Assembly: GCF_003918875.1 (NCBI RefSeq)
Contig: NW_025766956.1
Coordinates: 310,001 to 374,000 of the forward strand
Source of the DNA: Haliotis rubra
Taxonomy: Eukaryota
DNA length: 64,000 bases
Direction: 5' to 3'
Numbering within the stretch: the stretch's first letter is position 1; each line of letters opens with the position of its first letter. This document shows positions 38,601 through 50,070 of the stretch, one piece after another. Position numbers and translations under genes: made by a program. The notes beneath the pieces were generated by a model. It saw only the letters and a list, made by a program, of their open reading frames with translations. It did no database searches and was not told the origin of the DNA.

Positions 38601-41525
38601 TTCCCATGGGCTCCCCACTATCCCCCATCCTAACAGAAATTTACATGGCCGACCTCGAAGAGAAGGCCCTAGAAACTGCACCCTTCAAACCGCCCTGCTG
38701 GTACCAAGTAAAGTGGATGACACCTTCGCCGCCCTCCAACCTCAGCAAGATCCAAAGCAGCTCCTCGCCCATCTCAACAGCCAACATCCCCCCCGCATCA
38801 AATTCACCATTGAAACAGAGCAGAACAACCAACTACCTTTCCTTGATGTCCTTGTGTCCCGCGACCTCCTGCAACCAACTCCAGACCTCCGTGTACAGAA
38901 AACCAACTCATACGGATCAATACATCCACTACAACTCCAACCACCCACCTAAAGTCAAGACGGCGCCATCTCTACATTGACCAGAAGAGCCAAAAACATC
39001 TGCTCAACAAACCTACAGGAAGAAATTGAACACCTGAGGAAAGTCTTTGTGGAACGCAACCACTACCCACCTGAAATAGTCAACAGAACCATCGGCAACG
39101 CTTTCACCTCCTGCCAAAAGGTCTAAACCAGAATCAGCCCCCATCAAGATATCCATTCCCTACATTGGTAAACCATCACACCAAATCAGCCGACTCCTGA
39201 AACAACAGGCAGGAATAGACACTACCTTCTCAGCGCCCTCCAGCCTCAACAACCTCCTCCATGCCAACGGAGAAAACAACCCACCACAACAACAACAACC
39301 CGAAATGTGTTATTTACAAAATAGACTGTGATTGTGGACAATGCTACATAGGTGAAACATCCCACCCATCAACACCCGAAGTCAAAGAACATCGCGCACC
39401 TCGGTTGCTAATTCCGACACCAAATCAGCTATCTCTGACCACATCAAAGCCAACCCCAATCATCAAATAGAGTGGTCCGACATCACCATTCTCGCCAACA
39501 ACCAAACGGACTTCACTAAACGCAAGCTCACAGAAGCCATTCACATCAAACGCCACAAGCCTACTACATCAACCGCGTGACCAAGGATACTTCATTCCAT
39601 CTGCTTATGATCCACTCCTCCACCAAGCCCAGTCTATTGTATAAACATCGCATCCAGTGTATAAACATCTCATTGTAACTACATCTCTGGCTTCCACTCA
39701 CTATCCTTTATGTACTTACTGGCTTCATCAGCTTACTGCTTAGCCAATCATGGCAATTATGTTGTTTCCTTTGTCTATTATGTTGTTTCATTGTTATATA
39801 CAGTATATATATGCAGCTCCTACACTTCATGTATCACTCTTGCTTGACAACGGTACAAGAATCTGTATCGAAACGTCGCACTCACCAAAATAAAGAAGTT
39901 GTTATCCATAAAACTTGTTATATATTGTACGTCTCAACTTCTAAAATGCCACTCAAACAAGTTAAGAACAAGCTGTAAAGATAATAATGCTGAAACATTA
40001 TCTTCTTCATGATGTTACACACAGCAAGTGGTTGCATAATGGCTCCCCATGTCAACAACAAACAACTAAAACTGGGTTTCGTAAAAGTGTAATGTGCCAA
40101 TACCTTTTAGTTTTCATTTTAACATACCCGAAACAAAACATCTTTTACGATCTTTATCCATTTATTTTGGGAATGTGATGTTACTAAGAACTTTGGTGAT
40201 AAAGTTTTGAAATGGATAGACCAGTGTGGTCATGTATGCAATATGAAGCTAAGTGCTAGATGTATACTATGTGGAGTTCATGAAAACATAATAACAGACA
40301 AGGTTTTTTATTTCATTTTGCTTTTCGCAATTTTTTGCATTTACAAATGCAAATTTCAAAACTTATTTTAGTAGATTTGTAAAGGAAATGAACATGAGAT
40401 ACAATATAGAAAAGGACATAGCTTTTAGAAACAGTGATCAACATAAGTTCTAACAGGCTTGAATGTTGTATCATGTACTTTTTGCATCATTGAGCAATAA
40501 TCAAGATCATTAAATATATATTTAACATGTGATACGAGGCCAGCAGATTCCTATCGAGTTGTGTGTAAATGTAGGTGTGTAAGTATGTGAATGAGTGTTT
40601 GTCCTAATTGAAAAAACCTTCTTCCTCTGTACATCCTTTAAACACCCATGTAAACACAATATGAAATGAACTTCATGCTGTGGAACTCACATTACTCTGG
40701 GTGTGAGCTATCCCATATGCAATAGGGAAGGGTGAAATAAAATATGTACAACCAAAAAAAGCATCATATTTTTCTATATTATATTTTGAAACACTGCAAA
40801 CCAGTTTCGGCTTCACAGGGTTAATTCAAGGTCCATGTTAATAATGAAATCACTTGCTATTTCTCTATCTCACAATGAAATATGTATCACACTACATGTG
40901 ACTACAGTAAATATAATAATGATTAATGACACATCAGCTACATACTTCATTGTGATAGGAATTGTTTTAACTCGAGCGTGTGTGCAAACGATAATTACTA
41001 CTTCAGTCTTCCACTTTAGCCATGTCATCATGAAGTGAAAGAAGGCAAACATCTGTTGAGTTGATTGAAAACGTTTCAGCTCAGACTTAGCCGAGAGCCG
41101 CGATGCGGTCCTACACAGTCAAGGCTAGCTCAGACTCAGAGTCAGAGTTCATACCCGGGGTGTTTCATCGTGCCACAAAGAGGAGCAAGCAAAATGAGAT
41201 CTTAGTTGTTTGATACAAAATGTACCCATAGTAGAATAACTCGTCTCTGTAATACATTTTCACGAATAATATACAGTCTGGCTGAGTCTGTGGTTGTTTT
41301 TATCTTCTTCTAGTCTTCATGAACGAAAAGTGAACAAATGGATCGTGTGACTTGTTGAGACAGTAACTGTTGAGTAGGAAGTGTCTCCTCAAATAACACT
41401 TTTAAAGAACATAACATTCACAGATGGTTCCAGAAACAACTTACCAAACCTGCAACAAGATGTGAATATTTCGGCAAAATAGAAAACAGAACCACAAAGA
41501 GAAAGATCAGGAGCATTAAAAGCAT
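35688..41525 (-). CDS. GET1: Guided entry of tail-anchored proteins factor 1 (WRB/CHD5), 168 aa
   Basis: Exons 41525-41445, 37242-37077, 36784-36717, 36267-36153 and 35764-35688 (81+166+68+115+77 nt), GT-AG and phase-compatible. N-terminal TM segment, coiled coil with VNMADEFARYMKIQRKIDK, then AFPTG.PGGVGI.CW motifs typical of WRB. Confidence 0.95.
37303..38371. repeat. Direct repeat copy 1 (~1.07 kb) left of the Penelope element
   Basis: Near-identical to 39963-41033. Confidence 0.93.
38372..39962 (+). mobile_element. 5'-truncated Penelope-like retroelement (RT plus GIY-YIG endonuclease, frameshifted) with 3' pLTR
   Basis: Motifs across frames: SYDVVDLFTNVP, GLPMGSPLSPIL, VDDTF, TIETE.NNQLPFLDV, VYRKPTHTDQY, VIYKIDCDCGQCYIGET, SAISDH, RKLTEAIHI. 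Antisense within GET1 intron 1. Confidence 0.93.
39841..39880 (+). ncRNA. Minimal type I hammerhead ribozyme motif, C3U/G8A variant, in the Penelope pLTR
   Basis: TGC-TTGACAA-C-GGTACA-agaatc-TGTATC-GAAAC-GTC-GCA. Confidence 0.65.
39963..41033. repeat. Direct repeat copy 2 (~1.07 kb) right of the Penelope element
   Basis: Near-identical to 37303-38371. Confidence 0.93.
41088..41127. mobile_element. 40-bp miniature insertion with TAGCC...GGCTA ends (Academ-like)
   Basis: Perfect 9-bp flanking duplication GCTCAGACT at 41079-41087 and 41128-41136; second copy at 53004-53043. Confidence 0.7.
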
Positions 41526-42418
41526 CTTGTTGTCAGTCAGAACTTTCCTCGCCAAATGTAGCAACCGTATGTTCCCGAGCTTTTCCGACTGTCCCGCGGA
41601 CGCAACAACTCTTGTACATACAGCTGTGCAGACCGTTATAAAATTCTGGAGAAACATCTTACCAAGCGTGGCATTCGGTTTCACCGGGTAGAAATATATA
41701 GTCACGTAATCCTCAATTAAATTGATCTATGCGTGCATTCCTGTCATTCCGATACATTGAAATTGTTAGACAATATTCCCATAATGTTTGTTGTCATTAC
41801 ATATTTGGGTTGTGTTGATTAACAGATTGATTAATAGAATGCATGAAGTTTGAATTACACACACGTTAACGTGGGTTTATAATGAAATCTGTAAAATATA
41901 CTTTGACTGACATTTGGGCCAAAAATAGACTTGCCCAAGTCTCTCCGGTACTAATTAATAGTTTAAATGTAAATTTCTGAAAAAATACAAATAACAGACT
42001 GAAATGTCCGCTTATCTAGATTTGCCTCTTTTAAGGATAGATTGATTTGCATCCATGGTCTCAGCATTCAGTACAGCCTTGAAGCCAGGCTAGGCCAAAC
42101 CCTGTGGTCCATAGTGTCCAAATCAGTGTTATGCTTGACCCAGTGTTATGTCTTTGTTATTAGTCGTTATATTTGAATGCAAAATTGCTACTGCTACAAA
42201 CTCGCACTGCATGTCCGCCCAGGGCCCCTTTTACATTCGCCACCACCAGTAAAAAAGCGTATTTATCACACATCATCCGAATCCAAGAGTATTGGAGTTA
42301 TTTCACGAATTCATATAACCATATTATACCCATACCATATTCTCGTGTTCAAGAAGAGGTGTGAATTCTATGATGTACAGTGGGTCTTTAAAACAACAAC
42401 AAACAACAACCACATTGA

Positions 42419-42615
42419 TGTCCAAGATATTTTTTATGGATTAAACTTCTTTTTAAATTTCTCTCACAACGTTTCGAGACCATTCCAGGTCCCTTCATCA
42501 GGTGAACTGTCAGTTAGGACTATGACGTCGTCACTATGACGTCATTACTGAGTTATGACGTCACAATGCAAGTGACATCACAGTACACTAGGGAGAGTAC
42601 TGTGTAAGTGAGTTA
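42419..42615 (-). mobile_element. Solo Penelope-type pLTR
   Basis: Hammerhead followed by an AAAGAAGTT..ATCCATAAAA tail like that of the element at 39890-39915; homologous to 15973-16234. Confidence 0.72.
42464..42505 (-). ncRNA. Minimal type I hammerhead ribozyme motif
   Basis: Minus strand TCAC-CTGATGA-A-GGGACC-tggaat-GGTCTC-GAAAC-GTT-GTGA: intact core, stem II, stem I TCAC/GTGA, palindromic AACGTT at stem III. Confidence 0.8.
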
Positions 42616-42693
42616 GTTACATAATGATGAAATTCATGCTAAATAATAGAGTTGAAAGTTGAATTGTCAATACACAACAACTGCTAATTACAC

Positions 42694-42832
42694 AAAGGTT
42701 ACTTGATAGCAGGCTTTCCAAAAAAAATAGTAGACTCGTTTTTTTCTTGTATCTAAAGTTCATCAAAAGGTTACTTGATAGCAGGCTTTCCAAAAAGAAT
42801 AGTAGACTCGTTTTTTTCTTGTATCTAAAGTT
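42694..42832. repeat. Local tandem duplication, period 72 bp
   Basis: AAAGGTTACTTGATAGCAGG...TCTAAAGTT occurs twice. Confidence 0.9.
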
Positions 42833-43306
42833 GTCAGGAAAATAATGCATGGCCGTTTCTGTTTTGAGAATATATATTGTTACAAGATAAAAATGCATCC
42901 CTGACACATTTTATAAATGTAACAAATCCATTATTGAAAACTGCGGTTATTTCGTGATGGTGTCGATGCTATCGTTGCTTTTGAATAAATCAGGGTCAGA
43001 CAAGGCTCAGATACTTTACAACCATACCGTCAACACCAGCAAAGTGGCGCGGGGTTCAAAGGCTTAAGCCAGCAGAACCACCAAAACTCAGTAGTCCTCG
43101 TTCCTCATCCTCCGGGTAGAGCCTTTCCCGTCCGAGTCACTTTGTAACGAAGAGAGAGAGGCACAATAAAAGTTATGTGAGTACAATTTCTGTGTTGAGT
43201 TATTCACTGAATGGATGTGTGCATGAATGATGTGTTGACAGTTATGGGGCAGGTGTCATCCGACCCCTCACTCCTTGTGGTAGCGGCCTTAACATTGGCA
43301 GGCTAA

Positions 43307-44296
43307 AGTACTGTCGGAAATAGAAAAAAACTGTTTTTAGGCTGTTACTCTGTATCCCTAAAATTTACACAATTGCAAATAGCATATGTCGAAATAACCC
43401 ACTTCGGCCTAACTTGGCGTTCAGTGGGATGCGTAATACGATATCCAGGAAAGCATGTTTACTCGTAAAATCGGGCAAAACTTAGAAAAAATACGAATAG
43501 CTGCTGAAAACAATAGATCAGACTATAGATGGCAATTAGGTCGCTCAGCCAGGCACGACGACGGACCGTCGACTCACCTGGCATGAAATGCACGTGCTGC
43601 CTACAGGCACAAGGGGTCATCTCAAAAATATTTTGTGCTTTTTCATTGTGTTGACTGTGTCTCATCTATTGATTAACATCTTACGTGTCTTTCTTTCATA
43701 TAGTTTCATATACAGAGATATGTAAAAGAGTATGATACCCGAAAACCATAGAAACGCATCGTAGTATATAGGACAGGACTGGATATTATTTGTAAATTGT
43801 TATGACGTGCCGTGTATCTCCCCAGTATAATTGCCCTAAAGGATTATCTTATCTTAGCTGATATCTCTATCCCCAAGCCCGACCCCAGGTTTTGCTTTTG
43901 AGACGGCCCCTCCTATCTGTTTCTTTTTATAGTGACAGTGAGACTGCATGGCAGCTACATCTTAATAGTTTCGGCATAAAAGTTATTATTTTTTACGTCA
44001 GCTATCGTTTATAATGAATCTACGTCTAATTTCAAATTGGGCATTTAAAAAGCGCCCTTTGTAATACAATATCGTCGCACACTAATTTGCATAAAGCCAT
44101 GGTCTGTTCCAAATAAGTCTGTTTGCATTGCTCATTTCTGCACTAATTTCCCCTCAGTAAAGTCCTTTTTCTCTACCACCGAGACTGTAGTTAGGCCGAA
44201 CTTAGTTTAACAGATATTTCACACTTTCACATATCAACTACATAAATTGTAGAGATAAATGAGAAAATACAGTTTTTTTCTATTTCCGACAGTACT
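43307..44296. mobile_element. ~1-kb non-autonomous DNA transposon with perfect 28-bp terminal inverted repeats
   Basis: AGTACTGTCGGAAATAGAAAAAAACTGT at 43307-43334 and its exact reverse complement at 44269-44296; no transposase ORF; superfamily uncertain. Confidence 0.85.
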
Positions 44297-45173
44297 ATAG
44301 TGTCCTAACGTCAATCCGGAGTCACAGAACGGCAATAAGTTTGGGAACTGTCGCGGGGGTCCAGGTATCCCAACTCCCAGGTATGGTGTTGGAGGGAGAT
44401 GTACCCCAAAGCGCAGTTACGACGCCTTGTTGTTAGCACTTTCAATGCCTCTAACCACTGAAGGTTACATCACAGTTTCGTCCACGATACATCCAAACGT
44501 AACCAGGCTGAAAACAGTCACCAACATACTGCAATTTTAAGGCTCAAAACATATAAATCTTTTTACATTTTCAACCACCATTACTCGTAGGGGATGGGGG
44601 TGTACTTTCGTTTGCCCAGTAGTTTTATTTTTTCATTTAATTTTTTTTTGTAGCCTTTAAATACAACGTATTACGACTTCAAAGAAAGGTTAAAACCAGT
44701 TTACTCTTGCACCTTAACGCTAGATCAATACGAATGGTGTGCTGTGGGAGCGCCAGGTGAAAGCGTCCTTGATGACATCCTGCTTCGTCAGTTGTGGATG
44801 TCGTGACGCGAGGACGTAGCAAGGCATGAAACCAGCCCTCGGATCAGATATCACACGATATCAATCAAACGGCTTATCAAACATTCAACGACCCACCGCC
44901 ATGCTGCAACAGCATTCACCGACTCGATTTAAGTCATTCTGTATTTATATCCATCGAAATTAGGCTGCGCCCCACTAAACGACCGTGCATTGGTAACGTG
45001 ATGAAACCATTCCAGAGCACCTGTTGGCTGTCTTAGGACACCTCAGAGGCGGATCTGGGTTGAACGGGTGCCACCTATATATGCATCATACTAGTCATGT
45101 TGATGTTTCAGAAAGGTGTAACTAAACCGATATACCATGCCACAGCGTAACATTGATCCACATTCAGACAGCA

Positions 45174-45347
45174 AATATCAGAACAGTCTCCGAACCGACC
45201 TGTCCATGTTTCACCCCTCCATATGGATCGCTAGACAGGGTAACTAGTGCCATCGTTTAATATCAGAGCAGTCTCCGAACCAACCTGTCCATGTTTCACC
45301 CCTCCATATATGGATCGCTAGACCGGGTAACTAGTGCCATCGTTTAA
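45174..45347. repeat. Local tandem duplication, period ~85 bp
   Basis: AATATCAGA.CAGTCTCCGAACC...GCCATCGTTT occurs twice. Confidence 0.9.
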
Positions 45348-46935
45348 CGTCTTTCGAAATGACGCCGACGTGGCAGACAAAACAAATAGTTTACTGATGA
45401 CAATCTTAAAGAGTTTGTAGTAACAAGAGAACTGATGTGACGTCTTATGTCACATACATGTATTGCACATGCTGTCCTGATGTTTTACATCAGATGTTAA
45501 TGCTTATGGGAGCCCTTGGGTATCTCCAACACCGCATGCTGAATGTTGCTGCCTGAATGTCGTATGAAGCGACTGAAAGGAGGTTTCGGCTGATGGCTTG
45601 GTTGTGTGACATCATACGAGTCACGTACCACGATGGCTTGGTCAGTTGTTCATGATATCAATCACTGGATTTTCTGGCCAAGACTCGATCATTTACAGTT
45701 CGCTGTGATAATGCTGGAACACATCATGCTAAGAGCATGTAAATGACACTAAGCCCTTGAAAGTAGAAAACATTCATAATAAAGTAAATGGTTGTATTCA
45801 TCGTGGAGCATGCCAAGAATGTTGCTTGAATGTATTCAAGCCAATATTAACAAGTTTTAGTTGAGGCGTTTCATGGGAGAATAATAAAGTTAAGGAATTC
45901 ATGTTTGTAATATTTAATCACAATGCCATAAAAACAAAACAACATTTCATACACATATACACACAAGCAGAGTTAATCACAGAAAAGAGTTTCACTGTTG
46001 CTGGTGAAGAACACGTAGATAACTGATCCTCAGTTTAGAACCAAGTGATAATATCCAAAAACAACAGTTTGTTATACAGCGTACACCTCAAGTCAACATT
46101 GCCTGGGGGGAGCTAACGAAACAGGTAACTCATTCACCTAAATATTTCATAGACTAAGTTAGTAGAAACGGACCAGTGGACCATTACCATGATAACATCA
46201 GCAAAGTTAAAGGACTTGCACAATGCTTCATATAAAATTACTTACTTATACATCCTGTTTTATGTGTAACTGGGACAGCCACGGGCTATGAATCATAAAT
46301 GGTATCCACAGATATTACATTCGGTGTGCTGCCAGGCTACTGATACTTCCAGCGGGCGGAGCTCAATGCACAATCTGGTGAAACAGTAGGTAACAATATA
46401 TGATACAAAGAAGTAAAGAAGCAGATGAATGGGTAGTAAAATAACTATAACAATGGAATAATATATATAGGAAGTTAAAGTTATCTGTGCATAATTTCAT
46501 TTTCAACGTGTATATGTCTGTATATATGTATATATATTAAGATGTGTATGTACATCACTCACAATAAACCATGCCACCAAGTTGCAACACGCGCAATTAA
46601 CAAACAAACCATACTGGAAGGATATAAGGAATATAATATACATTTCACCGTCTCCATTGTTGTATTAGTGATACAATACTGTTGTCCTAATGCTGATAGG
46701 TATTTGGCCAAGGGCTAGAAGATATCACAATCACAATAACAGCTTGGCAATAACTATACCTTTTTCTTAGCCTTCTTAACCAGAAGTTCTGTTATTGATC
46801 TGCCATACAGGAAGGAGGTGACTGCATCTCCCGACATGAATTAAAAAAAGGCTAACTTGACATGACTGTACAGAAGTTTCTTAATAGTTAAATAGTTTGG
46901 CCAATGTCTCAAGTCAACACCCATTCTCCTATTTA

Positions 46936-47940
46936 TCACAGATAGTTTAATAATAGAAATTCCTGCATTATTTTCGGCAGAGGTAGTTTTGCAACTTTCC
47001 TCATAAGGTGAAGATGACATTTCGAAGCCAGTAGAGTGCGTCTTATAACGAGACACGTTTGTATTTTTAGCGACCTTGGGGAGCTAGCCAGTTCCTTGAG
47101 AATGCCAACCACTTCCGGGTGCTCTTTGAGAAGGGGTAGTTTCTCCCTCCGACACTTGATGATGAGACTGTGGTAGCAAAAGGCTCCTGCTTCTATCAAC
47201 ATATCGAGTATTCGTCTGTCAGTACACACCTGAAACGCTGTGGATATAGGCGTGTGGCCGTTGTAGCCGATGCGATTGGGGTCGGCGCCGTTGAGTAACA
47301 AAAGGCGCACTGTGTCATAGCATGCCGATTTTACCGCTAATATAAGAGGAGACGACCCCCTCAACTGCACTGCATCAATGATAGCTCCATGACGTATCAG
47401 CAACGACGCGATGCGTACGTTCCCGTGTAAGGCGGCCACGTGCAGCGGACGTAACATTGTCACGTCAGCTAAGTTCACGTCACAGCACTCAGCCGTAGCC
47501 ATAGCTTTGGCCATATCGTAGTTGTTTAGGTCAACGGCATGCCATAATGCTGTACAACCGCGATCATCTTGGATATTGACGTCAAAACCTCCCTGTATCA
47601 ACAACTTTACCATGTCTAAGTCTCCTTTTACAATACATGGGTACATTGACATCAACTTTAATTTATCCTTCTTCCGATATTCTCGAAGCTTGTAGCTGAA
47701 TTCGTCTATATCAACAATGTACTTCATATTAACGTCACTCCCACGCGACAAAAGGTGACGTATAACATCCCTCTGGTTGTTGGAGACGGCGGCGTCCAGT
47801 AACGTCATGCCCAGCCTGCTGACGGTCGTCGTGTTCCTGAATGCATGATTAACACTGAGCCCACGACTCAGATAACCCCTGAGCGAGGCCACATTGCCAG
47901 TCGCAATGGCGTCGTATAGGTCGTCTTCAAAATAATACAT
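46936..47940 (-). CDS. Ankyrin repeat and SOCS box-containing (ASB-like) protein, 334 aa, single coding exon
   Basis: Uninterrupted ORF; ATG at 47940 (the ORF track starts one codon earlier at a GTG). Ankyrin repeats (GCTALWHAV, PLHVAALHG, GSSPLILAV, GHTPISTA) and a C-terminal SOCS box (PRSLK..TCLVIRR...LPLP.IMQEFL). Confidence 0.92.
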   Translation of the reverse strand: MYYFEDDLYDAIATGNVASLRGYLSRGLSVNHAFRNTTTVSRLGMTLLDAAVSNNQRDVIRHLLSRGSDVNMKYIVDIDEFSYKLREYRKKDKLKLMSMYPCIVKGDLDMVKLLIQGGFDVNIQDDRGCTALWHAVDLNNYDMAKAMATAECCDVNLADVTMLRPLHVAALHGNVRIASLLIRHGAIIDAVQLRGSSPLILAVKSACYDTVRLLLLNGADPNRIGYNGHTPISTAFQVCTDRRILDMLIEAGAFCYHSLIIKCRREKLPLLKEHPEVVGILKELASSPRSLKIQTCLVIRRTLLASKCHLHLMRKVAKLPLPKIMQEFLLLNYL

Positions 47941-50070
47941 CACGAATCTCCAAACTTCACTACTTGGATATGAATATAGTTTCCATAATTAGAGTCCAAG
48001 ATATCATTTGAAAACGAATTTTGACACGAGGGTTCATCGATTCACAACAATCCATGAATGCTTAGAAAATAGTCATCTCCATTCCAAAGTCCAGTTTCTG
48101 GAATGACACAGCGCATTTTACGAACAGAACATATCCTCAGTCATGATATCATGATAACCGACCTGGCTCCTGCAGTACAAACCACTCTTAAGTCGTCGCT
48201 CTCGCGTTGACATTCCAGCCCTCACACCGCATACTGCCTGCACAAGCAGCTGTCCTGAGCACGGCAATACGGAACTGACCTGTGACTGTCGATAATACTG
48301 CAATATGTCTTACTGGACTGACAGCTCCAAAATCTGACCATGTCGATCCACTTTAACAGTCCTGTATAATGATCTTGCTGAATGATGAAGTGTAGTCAGG
48401 TGTATGTATTATTTAAGTGCCGAGGTCGCGGCGTCACGGTCGCCTAGCACAATGCAGGCGGTGTATACCCAGATATTAGACCATTGATATTTGATCTGCT
48501 TAAACTGGTTTATAGGTTGGTACGTGTACATCAGTGAGTATCAGGAATAAAAGCCAAAATCAAGAGCATACATCCACCATACTTGGCAACAAAAAATGCA
48601 AACAAAGATTACACATTTGTTTCAAATATTGTCTGTTAATAAACCCTCCATTGATTTATACGAACTTGCATTTAGTCAGGATATCTCCAGTTCCTTTCAT
48701 TGTCTTATCTTATCTAATGAGCCTTACATCTAGACGCTACTTTAAGTATTATTGTTTTTGGACAGCTCATGTAGCGTGCGATAACACATAAAGTATATCG
48801 TAAAAATAGACATTATACAAAATGTAGTTAAAAAGGCATTTCAAGACGGATAGAGCATTCAACGATAAAAATACATTCATATCCTTTTTATCCAAAAATA
48901 GAAGATCAGGTTTGTATGGTTGTATACGCCTGAGACTGTATGTGGGCGTATTCCAAAGAATTTGTAAATGGTCATGCACTTTCCATGACGCCCTCTACAT
49001 ATTCTGTTGTGGTGTACTCGGTGTCAAAGACCCCAGCGTGGGTTGACGGTAATAAAAGAACCGAGCAACGCTATCATGTCGCTTATAGTTTGTCTTTGCC
49101 ATTGCTGGGCATCCACTAATAAGGTGGCGGGCAATTTCATTATATTCATTACACAATCGACGGTTCATGCACGGTTACATTTTGACGTAAGCTCACACAC
49201 TGACGGTTACGAGTGGGAAGTGACTGATCCTGGTCAGCAAACAGGAAGCCTTATGTTTCACCTTTCAGGTCTGTTGTCTTCATCCAAGCGAACGAACCAG
49301 CATGTTGGTGTCCTCCACACACTGCACGTAGTCTGATTTGATATGGCACTTCGATCGCCTGTTTGACACTCATTTCTGTAATGTCCACTAATACAGAACC
49401 GTCAACAAAGGAACATTAACGTTGAGAATACATAATGCCATTTAGAAAGTACACAGAAAGTCCGTGTACAAGACGTTGAGATTCTGGTTTTTCTAAGATA
49501 GCTGTGGAATTCCTTGTTTTCATCACGAGTTTTGACATACTTCAGAGGGGGGTCATCAGACAGATAAAATGCACAAAAATCTGTCATGAAGAGCCTCCGC
49601 GTCAATCAAACCAAGCCCTTCCTTTTGAATTGATAAATATAAACGATCGAGGGAAGTGCGAGGGTGGGGGGCACACTTGTCTGATATGATTCTTCTTGTG
49701 AGGGTTATATCTATTCTATTTTGTTTGTCATCAACAATATTCCATACGGCGGCCTGTATGGACCAGACAATCAAGTGCTTGGTATCACATGCAATGATCC
49801 ATGCCGTTGGGGTACAGAGTCACAAATTCAACTAAGTGATAAAACAAGTCTGATCATGGGATCCAAAAGCTTGGTGCATGCGGATCTGTTGTTTCTTAGT
49901 TCATTGAAATGACTGTCGTTGGCCGAATGCTGGCGTCTTTTGATTATGCGATTGATAAATAGATACGCGTTGGTGATTGCACCCTGTAGTACAGCTTAAT
50001 TCAACCTATGTAAAAGTTTCTGTGATACATTGAGTTTACACAAAGTAAACAACGTCATCAACTGATAGAG

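Noticed and set aside
37327-40178. Duplicated small ORFs (63 aa and 60-67 aa pairs)
   Set aside because: Chance ORFs within the duplicated GET1 intron segment
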